Source: Halorarum halobium (GTDB taxonomy: Archaea; Halobacteriota; Halobacteria; Halobacteriales; Haloferacaceae). From it: a DNA stretch of 64,000 nt. This document shows positions 38,434-47,495 of this stretch, one piece after another. The position numbers were made by a program, and so were the translations under genes. The notes beneath the pieces are model-generated. The model was not told where the DNA came from and did no database searches. It saw nothing but the letters and a program-made list of their open reading frames with translations. Where the stretch lies: NCBI RefSeq assembly GCF_032116555.1, contig NZ_CP134949.1:2604001-2668000 (forward strand). The letters are read 5' to 3'. Within the stretch, counting starts at the first letter, position 1. Each line of letters opens with the position of its first letter.

Positions 38434-39447
38434 TCAGCGCGGCGCGCCACAGCGCGGGCACATCGGCGGGCCGGTTTCCGGCAGCGCCAGCCCGCAGTGG
38501 GGACACTCGCCCTCCGTGGTCGGTGCGACGATCGCGTCGACGGCCTCGCCGGTCGTGCGTCGCACGCCGTCGATCGATCCGATCCCGTCCGGCGGATCGT
38601 CGGATGCGGTCCCGTTCCGAACCGAGTCGAGCGCGAACCGGGCCCGATCGCCGACGAACTCCTCCTCGTCGTCGGAGAGCGCCGCCAGCGCGGACTCCGG
38701 CAGCGGTGGGCCGTCGGTCACGTCCCGACCGAGCAGGCCGAGCGCCTCGGCCGCTCGCCCTCGAACGTGGGCGGTCCCGTCGTCGAGTCGTCCCGCGAGC
38801 GCCTCCGTGGCGCCCGTGAGCCGCTCCGGATACGCACTCCCGACGGCGACGAGCGCCGTGGCGAGGTGATAGCGGACCAGTTCCTCCCCGTCGTCGAGGT
38901 GGTCGGCGAGCGTCGAGACCTGGTGGCGAAGCCGTCCCGGGTCGCCCAGGGCGACGTGTTCGAGCGCCTTCGCCAGTTTCTCCCGGACCTCCGGCTCGTC
39001 GAACGAGAGGCCGACACGGAGGTCGGCGAGGATCTCCGGCGAGCACACCGCCTCCGGGAACTCCAGCGCGACGTAGCCGAGCACCTCGGCCGAGCGGGCC
39101 CTGACGTAGTAGAACTCGTCCTCGTCGGCGAGCCGATCCGCGACCGGGCCGACGGTCGAAACGACCGCCCCCGGTTCCGACTCCGCGACGGTCACCAGCA
39201 GCTTCGCGGCCGCCAGCCTGACGGCCCGGTCGTCGTCGCTCAGAAACGGGGAGAGCCCGGAGACGACGCCGTCGAACGCGGCAGCGCGGTCCGCGGCGAG
39301 GTCTCGAAGCGCACGCAGGGCGCGTTTTCGGTCCTCGGTTGCGGCCGTCTCGAACTGTCGCAGGGACGCCGCCGCGGCCTCACGTCGGCCGTCGGCGAGG
39401 AGGGTGACGAGATGGTCGGGCGAGCGCGATCGACTGGGGTCGTCCAT
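38434..39447 (-). CDS. HEAT-repeat protein with a C-terminal zinc ribbon
   Basis: Repeated L-D-x3-VR-x2-AA-x-AL helices; C-terminal CPHCG…CPRCG. Confidence 0.8.
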   Translation of the reverse strand: MDDPSRSRSPDHLVTLLADGRREAAAASLRQFETAATEDRKRALRALRDLAADRAAAFDGVVSGLSPFLSDDDRAVRLAAAKLLVTVAESEPGAVVSTVGPVADRLADEDEFYYVRARSAEVLGYVALEFPEAVCSPEILADLRVGLSFDEPEVREKLAKALEHVALGDPGRLRHQVSTLADHLDDGEELVRYHLATALVAVGSAYPERLTGATEALAGRLDDGTAHVRGRAAEALGLLGRDVTDGPPLPESALAALSDDEEEFVGDRARFALDSVRNGTASDDPPDGIGSIDGVRRTTGEAVDAIVAPTTEGECPHCGLALPETGPPMCPRCGAPR

Positions 39448-39540
39448 CCGTTATCAACGGTCCGACGGTCGCGTCACGCCTTTAATATTCGGCCGGTCAC
39501 CGCCGCGTAACGCGGACGTCGCACGGCTTCCCGTCGCGGG

Positions 39541-40293
39541 TCAGCGACCGATGGTTCCCCGCCGGGTGACGGGCGCGTCGGGGTCGATCAGGAACGCGAG
39601 GACGGTGGCGTCCTCACCGGCGGCGAGAGTCGGGTCGGACTCACCGACGAGCAGGCCGCTCTCGGTCGTCCCGAAGCGCGTGCCGGCGACCTCGACCGCG
39701 CCGTCGAACACGTAGAAGTACGTGTCCCGGCCCGCGATGGACGGCAGGTCAACGCTCGACCCGGCGTCGAGGCGGAGGTCGTAGAGGTCGACCTCGTTGC
39801 GGACGAAAAGCGGCGCGTCGGCGCCTTCGGGGCCGAACAGATGACGCCACTCGCCCTCGACTGGGGTGTCGATGGGCTCGTGCTGGATGTTCGGCTCCAG
39901 CCCGAGGCTGTGGGGGCGGACGAACAGCTGGAGCATCCGCAGGGGCGGGTCGCCCGCGCGGGTGAACTCCTCGTGCCGGAACGTCGTTCCCGCGTTCATC
40001 ACCATCAGGTGATCGGCGTCGGTGACGAGGTCGTTCCCCTCCCCGTCGCCGTGGCGCATCACGCCGGCCGGCACCCACGAGATGATCTCCTCGTCCCGGT
40101 GGGGATGCATCCCGATGTGGGTGTCCGGGTCCATGAACGACTCGACGACGGTCGCAAGCGGACCGTACCCGTGGTCCTCGTGGTCGGGGAGAGCGCGGCC
40201 GGGGAAGTTGAAGTGAGTCCGGAACGGCCCCTGGTTCCGGGAGACGTCGGTGCGCTCGGCCTTGTAGAGCTTCGGTTCGGAACTGACCGTCAC
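39541..40293 (-). CDS. Pirin family protein
   Basis: MHPHRDEEIISW, HGDGEGN, MNAGT-FRHEE and LQLF motifs. GTG start is approximate. Confidence 0.88.
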   Translation of the reverse strand: MTVSSEPKLYKAERTDVSRNQGPFRTHFNFPGRALPDHEDHGYGPLATVVESFMDPDTHIGMHPHRDEEIISWVPAGVMRHGDGEGNDLVTDADHLMVMNAGTTFRHEEFTRAGDPPLRMLQLFVRPHSLGLEPNIQHEPIDTPVEGEWRHLFGPEGADAPLFVRNEVDLYDLRLDAGSSVDLPSIAGRDTYFYVFDGAVEVAGTRFGTTESGLLVGESDPTLAAGEDATVLAFLIDPDAPVTRRGTIGR

Positions 40294-40521
40294 TGTGTTC
40301 CCGTCTACGGGCTCGAACCCATATATTCTCCCGGAGACACCGACGAAAGCTGGTGTCGTTCGTGTCACCCGCCCGTTCCTGAGTCGCCGGTCCGTCACCC
40401 TCCCCCCGTGCGAGAGCAATTTGATATCGCGTTATTTGATTTATTTGGGCGTTTGCCGTCGGCTACGGGACCGCCCGCCGGTTCCCCGAACCTTATGCCG
40501 CGACGGGCGATATCGACCGCT

Positions 40522-41703
40522 ATGGCGACGAAACTCCCCGAATCCGAGTTCGACGCCCGGCTCGCGCAGGTGCGCGGCCGGCTCGCGGACACGGACGCCG
40601 ACGCGGCGACGTGGTTCGGCGCGACGGGCATCGAGTATCTCACCGGCTTCCACCACATCCAGACCGAGCGACCCGTCGTACTCGCCGTGACTGACGAGCG
40701 CGTGGAGATCACGGTCCCGCGGCTGGAGGTCGAGCGCGTGGAGCCGAACCCCCGCATCGACGCCGTCCACCACTACTTCGATTACCCCGGCGGCGCGCCG
40801 ATCGAAGTAGCCGTCGAGATGCTGGAGGGGCTCGGCGTCGAGGCCGTCGTCTCCGACGCCGACGGCGCGCCCGGCGTGATGGGGTATGAGGGCCCCGCCC
40901 TCTCGGAGTTCGTCGACGTCGAGTCCCAGTCCTGGACGAGCCGGATGCGCTGGGAGAAGACCGACGCCGAGGTCGATCTCATCCGCGAGTCCGCCAAGTG
41001 GGCGAACCTCGGCCACCGCTACCTGGCGGAGTACACCGAGGTCGGCGCGCACCCGGCGACGGTCAGCCAGCGCGCCTCGACCGAAGCCTCCCGCGCGATG
41101 CTCGACACGCTCGGGGACCGGTACTCGGTCCGGGTCCGCGGCAGCGGCCCGGTCCACGCGGGCTACATCTCCGGGCGGGAGACCGCCCTCCCGCACGGCC
41201 ACACCCCCAACGAGACGCTCTCGGAGGGGGACGTGCTCGTCACGGGCGCGTCGGCGAACGTCGACGGCTACCACTCCGAGCTCGAGCGGACGATGTTCGT
41301 CGGCGACTACACCGACGAGCAGGAGCACTACTTCGAGCTCATGCTCGAAGCACAGACCATCGCCATCGAGGCGCTTGGCCCGGGCGTCCCGATCAGCGAC
41401 GTCGACCAGACGGTCTGGAACTACTTCGAGGAGCAGGGCGTCACGGACCTCGCCCAGCACCACGTCGGCCACAACATCGGGCTCGGCGGCCACGAACCGC
41501 CGTACATCGACCGCGGCTGGGGCGAGTACGAACACGTCGACGACGGCGAGGCGCTGATGGCTCCCGGTCAGGTGTACACCATCGAGCCCGGGATCTACAC
41601 GGAGGACGCCGGGTACCGCCACTCGGACACCATCGCCGTCACCGAGTCGGGCACCGAGTGGCTCACCTACTTCCCGCGCGACATCGACTCGAACGTCGTC
41701 TGA
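40522..41703 (+). CDS. M24 metallopeptidase-family protein
   Basis: LPHG, GYHSELERT, HHVGHNIG, TIEPGIY and GYRHSDT motifs. Confidence 0.88.
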   Translation: MATKLPESEFDARLAQVRGRLADTDADAATWFGATGIEYLTGFHHIQTERPVVLAVTDERVEITVPRLEVERVEPNPRIDAVHHYFDYPGGAPIEVAVEMLEGLGVEAVVSDADGAPGVMGYEGPALSEFVDVESQSWTSRMRWEKTDAEVDLIRESAKWANLGHRYLAEYTEVGAHPATVSQRASTEASRAMLDTLGDRYSVRVRGSGPVHAGYISGRETALPHGHTPNETLSEGDVLVTGASANVDGYHSELERTMFVGDYTDEQEHYFELMLEAQTIAIEALGPGVPISDVDQTVWNYFEEQGVTDLAQHHVGHNIGLGGHEPPYIDRGWGEYEHVDDGEALMAPGQVYTIEPGIYTEDAGYRHSDTIAVTESGTEWLTYFPRDIDSNVV

Positions 41704-41770
41704 CTCGGCGCCCCCGTCGCCTCCGATTCCCGGTGCCTTCTTGCCATCGGCCGACGGACACCCCACACCC

Positions 41771-42406
41771 GTGGCAACGTCCTTCGCCCCGTTCGGAACC
41801 CTCGTCGACGCCGACCTCCCGGACGACCCGGCTACCGTGGTTGGCCGCGAACTCCTCGACCGCGGCGTCGCCCTCCCGGACGACTGGGACGCCGCCTACC
41901 GGGAGCGCCACGTCGACGCGCCCGACGACGCCGAGGTCCCACTTCCCGCACACGTGAGCGCCGCGCTCGCGTCCCGCGACGTCGACGCGCCGGGAAACGC
42001 CGCTCGGCGGGCCGTCGTCGCCGCGTTCGACCCGGCGGTCGAGACCCGCGCGGGCGCGGTCGAGGCCGTCGAGGCGGCCGCCGAACGCGGTCCCGTCGGG
42101 TTGCTGGCCGACTGCGCGGTTCCCGAACTCGTCGGTCGAACGCTCGTCCGTTCGGACCTCTCCCGGACCGACTTCGACGCCGTCGTCACCAGCGTCGCCT
42201 GTGGGTGGCGGAAACCCGACCGACGGGCGTTCGAGGCGCTCGCCCATCGACTCGACGCCCCGGCGGGCGCGCTGACCCACGTCGGTGCCGACTCCGAGAC
42301 GGACGGCGGTATCGTCGACGCCGGCGGCGAGTTCCGGGACGTGAACGAACGGTCGCTACCGGCGCTCGCGGCGACGTGGCGGGACGACGCCCGTGGTCGA
42401 CCCTGA
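41771..42406 (+). CDS. HAD-superfamily-like protein lacking catalytic aspartates
   Basis: Motif I is SFAPFGTL, plus FDAVVTS…GWRKPD and HVGADSETDGG. Confidence 0.75.
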   Translation: MATSFAPFGTLVDADLPDDPATVVGRELLDRGVALPDDWDAAYRERHVDAPDDAEVPLPAHVSAALASRDVDAPGNAARRAVVAAFDPAVETRAGAVEAVEAAAERGPVGLLADCAVPELVGRTLVRSDLSRTDFDAVVTSVACGWRKPDRRAFEALAHRLDAPAGALTHVGADSETDGGIVDAGGEFRDVNERSLPALAATWRDDARGRP

Positions 42407-42913
42407 TCGGACGACCGAACCCTCCGGATTGCCAGTTCCGGACGAAACCCCGGGACGCGAGGACGAATCGGAGCGGTAGCTACTGACGGAATTCGTCGCG
42501 CCCTCGATCGATGGCCGAGCGCCGTGCGTCCCGATAGGGACACCTCCGTGGCACGTCCCGAGGCGAATCCCGAACTGTGCCGGCTGGGGAAGACACCGGA
42601 CGGTCCGTCGGGTCCGATCGCTACGGTCGACGACTGTGTTGTCGGGTTTTCTCGGACGTCCGTGAGATGATCAAACCACCAGATTGGAGCATGAATCGGA
42701 GCTATCGGCCCGCCGTCTCACTCGACCTGTACCGATCGCAACCGACGCCTGATCGGTGGCCGTCGGGGCGGCCCGGTACGGGGGTTCCGATCGCAAGACT
42801 GCGGTCCGAATCGGAGAACTCGCTCCCGGGAACTGACCCGAACCGGCAGCGGCACTCACGTCGATTGCCCACCGGACGCAACGGCAGCGCGTGCTCGCCG
42901 TCCGACTCCCGGT

Positions 42914-44836
42914 TCAGGCTCCGGTGAGGAAAAAGAGGATGACCGAGACGGCGAGCGAGGAGACGATGACCGCGAGCGCGAGCGCGCCGCCCATCGAGAC
43001 GGCGGCGTTCGCGTGGCTGGCGAGCGTCTCGGTCCGGTCGTTGCCGAACACCGTGACCTCGGCGCGCTCGGTCGCCATGCCGACTTCCGCGGGTTCGAGG
43101 TCCTCCGTGGCCGCCCCGACGAGGTCCCGGACGGCGGCCTCGAGTTCGGCCTCGTCGATGGCCGCGCCGACCTGGTTGTCCGCCTCGACGGTGTTGACGA
43201 TGTGGGTGTCGGTCGTCATCACCTCCGCCTCGTCGACGAAGTCGGCGACGAGTCCGTCGACCAGTGCGTCGCGCAGGCCCGGTTCCATGTTGTTGCCGTC
43301 GACGAGCACGTACGCCGTCGTGTGGCCGTCGCCGTCGTCGCCGACCTCCGTCACCATCACGCGGATGCCGAGCGGGCCGATGCCGTCCTCGGGCACCCAG
43401 TCGGTCTCGTCCCAGGCGGTGCCGACGCGGAGCTTCCCGCGGGGGGCGTTCGCGAGGTGGTCGGCCGCGTCACGCGCGGCGCCCATCAGGTCGAACGAGC
43501 GGCGCGACCCCGGCGTGACGTGGCCGAGGTCCGGCCCGTCGAGCCCGTTGTTCGAGTTGTGCGCGTCGACGAGCAGCACGTCGCGGAGGCCGCCCGCCCG
43601 GGCCTCCGAGGCGGCCGAGAGGCCGACGGCGTACTCCACGTCGTCGGCAAAGCCCGGCGCGAACGAGGAGACGAGCAGCGCGTCGCCGCCGAACGACTGC
43701 CCGAGCACGGTCGCCTCGCCGGCGTCGACGCGGACGCCACGGGTCGCCGACGCCGAGTAGTCCAGTCGGTCGTACGCCCGCGCGGCGGCGTCGACGACGG
43801 ACTCGACCTCGCGTTCGGTGACGAGGTTGAAGTCGTGCCCGGCGGTCGCGTGGGGCGGGAACGCCAGCCCGTCCGCGTGGTCCGCGACGCGGACCGGGAG
43901 GTTCCCGCCGCCGATCTCGCCCATCGGGCCCGGATGGATCATCGGGAGCACCCAGCGGGCCTTCTCCTCGCCCGCGGGGGTCCGGACCGCCATGACCGTC
44001 ACCGGGACGACCGCTTCCTCGCCGAGTTGCTCGAAGAAGTTCTCCAGTTCGCGGCTCCCCTCGGCGATGTGACCGATGAAGCCGCCGACGAAATCGAGCA
44101 CCGAGATGCCGAGCGAGTTGCGCCACGGCCGGTCGACGATGTAGAGGAACCCCCAGACTGCGAGCCCGTACAGCGCGCACGTGAGTCCAAGCAGGAGGAA
44201 GTGGTCGGGGGTGATCGACGACAGCTCCGCGGGTGCCTGCTCGGGCCGGGCGAGGTACGGCTGGAGGAGCGCGTCGAACAGCGGGCCGCCGATTTCGAGG
44301 TACAGCAGCGTCCCGCTGTAGATGAACAGTAGCACCGCGGCAGTCCCGGTCTGGATGCTCGCGGGGACGGCCGCGACGAGGAGCCGCGACCCGGAGACGG
44401 CCGCGATGACCAGCAGCCGGAGCGCGAACACGGACGCCAGCGAGACGATCAGCACGTCGAAGACGAACCGCTGGCCGAGCGGCGTGAGGTAGGCGATCGT
44501 CGCGGCGGCGGTGAGCATCGCGACGATGACGAGCTCACAGACCAGCGCGAGCAGCGACGACCGGTTGTGCGTGAACCGGCCGCCGACGCGGTGGTCGACC
44601 CACGTCGTGGCGAAGCTGGCGACGACGGTCGGCACGCCGATGAAGAAGATGCCCTCCCAGGCGTCGCGCCCGACGAAGAGCACCCCGCGCCAGGTGCCGA
44701 GGGGGTCGGGTCGCTCGAACGCTCCGATGCCGGCGACCGCGGCGAGGAAGATGGCGAACGCGACGCTCGTCGACCACGACGGCGCGCGGAAGATGAACCG
44801 CGAGAGGCTCGCCAGGTTGCTCTGCGAGGTCGTCAT
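42914..44836 (-). CDS. DUF2070 family membrane protein
   Basis: N-terminal multi-TM region; IHPGP, HATAGHDFN, DAHN, DGNN and TTDTH motifs. Confidence 0.9.
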   Translation of the reverse strand: MTTSQSNLASLSRFIFRAPSWSTSVAFAIFLAAVAGIGAFERPDPLGTWRGVLFVGRDAWEGIFFIGVPTVVASFATTWVDHRVGGRFTHNRSSLLALVCELVIVAMLTAAATIAYLTPLGQRFVFDVLIVSLASVFALRLLVIAAVSGSRLLVAAVPASIQTGTAAVLLFIYSGTLLYLEIGGPLFDALLQPYLARPEQAPAELSSITPDHFLLLGLTCALYGLAVWGFLYIVDRPWRNSLGISVLDFVGGFIGHIAEGSRELENFFEQLGEEAVVPVTVMAVRTPAGEEKARWVLPMIHPGPMGEIGGGNLPVRVADHADGLAFPPHATAGHDFNLVTEREVESVVDAAARAYDRLDYSASATRGVRVDAGEATVLGQSFGGDALLVSSFAPGFADDVEYAVGLSAASEARAGGLRDVLLVDAHNSNNGLDGPDLGHVTPGSRRSFDLMGAARDAADHLANAPRGKLRVGTAWDETDWVPEDGIGPLGIRVMVTEVGDDGDGHTTAYVLVDGNNMEPGLRDALVDGLVADFVDEAEVMTTDTHIVNTVEADNQVGAAIDEAELEAAVRDLVGAATEDLEPAEVGMATERAEVTVFGNDRTETLASHANAAVSMGGALALAVIVSSLAVSVILFFLTGA

Positions 44837-45031
44837 GCGTTTCCTGAGGTGGACCGAGGACGGCGGTCGCTAAAAAGGGCTGTTCTTCTAGTATGTGTTC
44901 GATCGGTTGGCAGTCGGATGAGAGGGGTGCTTCGGGGCGGTCGCAGGGGAAAGCACGGGGACCTCATGCCCCTGCGGCTATCAACTCCGTTCGTGTCGGG
45001 ACGATAGGTCTGGAAACCGCACAGCATACCG

Positions 45032-45319
45032 CGAAAGCCCCCGCGGCTCTCGACTCGGTGCGGCCGCTGCGCTCGTTCGGCTGCGGTGCTTGTCGGTCCG
45101 CGCCTGCGTCGATAGCCGCGGCCCCTTCCAGTCCCACCCACCGTACCGCACGGCACGGCGCCTTCCCCTCCCCAGCCTCCTGCGCTCCTCGGCCTTCGCG
45201 GGACTCGCTTTGCTCGACCCGCGTGCTCTCGTTCGCTCCTGCGTCGCTCACGAGAGCTTCGGCCTGCGGTGCTCGTCCCTCGCACGAGCGGTCGCGCCGG
45301 CGCGCGACCGCCACGTGCC
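45032..45319 (-). repeat. Structured intergenic repeat, copy E (full length, minus strand)
   Basis: Minus strand: GCGAGGGACGAGCACCGCAG…GGCTGGGGAGG…GGGACTGGAAGGGGC-CGCGGCT…AAGCACCGCAG…AGCCGCG-GGGGCTTTCG. Confidence 0.85.
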
Positions 45320-45384
45320 ACGTGGCTGATTCCCGTCGCGACGCACCTGGAATCGGACCGCCGTGCTCGCCCGAGTCACTGGCA

Positions 45385-45504
45385 GGGTGGGAATGGAAGG
45401 GGCCGCGGCTCTCGGGGAACCCCGGACCCGTAAGCACCGCAGCGACCGCAGGGAGCGAGGAGCGCAGCGCGGTCCGCGGGAGCCGAGAGCCGCGGGGGCT
45501 TCCG
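45385..45504 (+). repeat. Structured intergenic repeat, copy F (3' module only)
   Basis: GGGAATGGAAGGGG-CCGCGGCTCTCGG…AAGCACCGCAG…GAGCGCAG…CCGAGAGCCGCGG-GGGCTTCCG. Confidence 0.8.
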
Positions 45505-45599
45505 CGGTCGTCACCACGAGCCACCAAGCGACTGTCCCGTTACAACCACAACTTCCTCAAAACCCTCACCGAACCAAATTCTATATCGCGAAAAACGAT

Positions 45600-46154
45600 T
45601 TACCGGCAGATCTCGACGAAGTTCTCGAAGACCTCCTGTCCCCGTTCCGTATGCGAGACTTCGGGGTGCCACTGGACGCCGTAGAGGTCACGCGCCACGT
45701 CGCTCATCGCTTCGACGCCACAGACGTCGCTCTCGGCGGTCACGGTGAACCCGTCGGGTACCTGCTTCACTTCGTCGGCGTGGCTCGCCCAGGTTCGAGT
45801 CTCGGGAGCGAGCGATCCGATCAGGGGGTCCTCGTCGTCGGAGATGGTCACGTCGACGTCGGCGTAGCCGCCGTACTCGCCGCCGCCGACGGTGCCGCCG
45901 AGCAGCTCGGCGATGGCCTGGTGGCCGAGACAGACGCCGAGCACCGGCAGGTCCATCTCAAGGTACTCCGCGGTGCGGCCGATGCGGTCCATGCTCGGTC
46001 CGCCCGAGAGAACGAGGCCGTCCGCGTCGATGTCGGCGGGAGGGGTGTCGTTGTCCACGACGTCGGTGTCGACGCCGGCGTCCCGGAGGGCACGACCTTC
46101 CAGGTGGGTGAACTGGCCGTGGTTGTCGATGACCACGATGCGCGGTGCGCTCAT
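45600..46154 (-). CDS. guaAa: GMP synthase subunit A (glutamine amidotransferase)
   Basis: IDNHGQFTH, LSGGP, GVCLGHQ, SHADEV and GVQWHPEV motifs. Confidence 0.95.
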   Translation of the reverse strand: MSAPRIVVIDNHGQFTHLEGRALRDAGVDTDVVDNDTPPADIDADGLVLSGGPSMDRIGRTAEYLEMDLPVLGVCLGHQAIAELLGGTVGGGEYGGYADVDVTISDDEDPLIGSLAPETRTWASHADEVKQVPDGFTVTAESDVCGVEAMSDVARDLYGVQWHPEVSHTERGQEVFENFVEICR

Positions 46155-46230
46155 GTCGGCTGTAGCGGCGACGCGGTGAAAAGCCGTCCGCTTCGCGCGA
46201 CCGGCGATCGACAGTTCGGCCGGGTCGAAA

Positions 46231-46803
46231 TCAGCCCCCGTCCTGTCGTTCCCGGGCGGTCGAGAAGCCGAACTCGCCCATCTCGGTGCCGCGCCGCGAC
46301 TCCCGTTCGGCGATCGCCTCCGGGTCCGGGTTCGCGTCGTCGTCCACCCGGGCGAACCCGTTGTGGACCTTGGCGTGACACCAGCGACAGAGGCCCACCG
46401 TGATCTCGTGGGTCGGCTCGCCCTCCGTGTCGTCCGTCACGCCGATGTCGTCCTCCCCGCCCGCACCCCCGGGAGATCCGGCCCCGGCGTAGGAGAGGTG
46501 GTGCTCCTCGACGAGCGGTCTGGCCGCGTCGTGGGCCATCCGGACCTCCTCCAGCCCGCACCGCGCACAGGCCTTCCCGTCGGTCGTCGACCGGTAGTGT
46601 GAGCAGTCGGTCCAGTCCGCCTCCTCGTCGCCGGCGACACAGTCGTAGCCCGCGGCCCGGCGCTCGGCCGCGAACGCCGGGTCGTTCCCGGCGTGATCGA
46701 GCGCGTACCGACACCGACCGTCGCCCGTGAGGTGATCACAGCGACCGGCGTGCTCGTACGGGTCGTCCACGCCGACCGGCGTCCCGTCCGGCGTCTCCTC
46801 CAT
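46231..46803 (-). CDS. Cys/His-rich protein with an HNH-like zinc-binding motif
   Basis: CDHL…CRYA…C…C, then CARCG…EEHHLSY…LCRWCHAKVH. Confidence 0.75.
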   Translation of the reverse strand: MEETPDGTPVGVDDPYEHAGRCDHLTGDGRCRYALDHAGNDPAFAAERRAAGYDCVAGDEEADWTDCSHYRSTTDGKACARCGLEEVRMAHDAARPLVEEHHLSYAGAGSPGGAGGEDDIGVTDDTEGEPTHEITVGLCRWCHAKVHNGFARVDDDANPDPEAIAERESRRGTEMGEFGFSTARERQDGG

Positions 46804-46967
46804 ACGTGGGCTGGCGCGTCCTGCCTGTTAAGCCCTTCTCGTCGGTGCTGAGCCGGGACCGGGTCCGTGGCACGTCGCGGATCGACGGAGATCGTGTAGT
46901 CCATTCCGCTATAGAGAATACCCGCCAGGGCGGAACGGTGAAGTCGGAGGCGGCGGAGGGAATCGGC

Positions 46968-47351
46968 GTGCAAGTCGTCCACCATCCCGCCGACGCCACC
47001 GGCGTCGCGAGTACGGCCGACGACGCGACGGCAGGGCGCGTCCTGGCCGCCGACGCGGAGACGGCGGACTCGTTTCTCGCGCAGGCGCGGGGGCTGATGT
47101 TCCGCCGGTCGGTTCCCGAGGGCTACGCGCTCGTCTTCCCGTTCGAGGAGGTCGGGTCGCGCGATCTCCACATGGTGTTCGTGCCGTTCGCCATCGACGC
47201 GCTCTGGCTGGTGGACGGCGAGGTGCGGGAGCGGAAACGCCTCCGCCCCTGGCTCGGCATCGGCGTCGGCGAGGCCGACACCGTCATCGAGCTGCCGGCG
47301 GGCGCGGCCGACGGCGTCGAGGCGGGCGACCGGATCGAACTGCGGGAGTGA
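46968..47351 (+). CDS. DUF192 family protein
   Basis: ADSFLAQARGLMFR, LHMVFVPFAID and VIELPAG motifs. Confidence 0.88.
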   Translation: MQVVHHPADATGVASTADDATAGRVLAADAETADSFLAQARGLMFRRSVPEGYALVFPFEEVGSRDLHMVFVPFAIDALWLVDGEVRERKRLRPWLGIGVGEADTVIELPAGAADGVEAGDRIELRE

Positions 47352-47495
47352 GATCGAGTGTGGGGAGGGATCGACCCCGAGAGGGAAGCAGTCGTCGAGC
47401 GCGAGCCGCAATTCTTGCGCGCCCGACAGTCGGACCTGTCCGGTCGGTCCGGTTTATGCACCCATGGGCTCGAGGGTGGAGCGAGCATATGACTC

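Noticed and set aside
42407..42913. 500-bp gap between convergent genes with short ORFs
   Set aside because: The ORFs lack haloarchaeal composition, and I could not support any structure or repeat.
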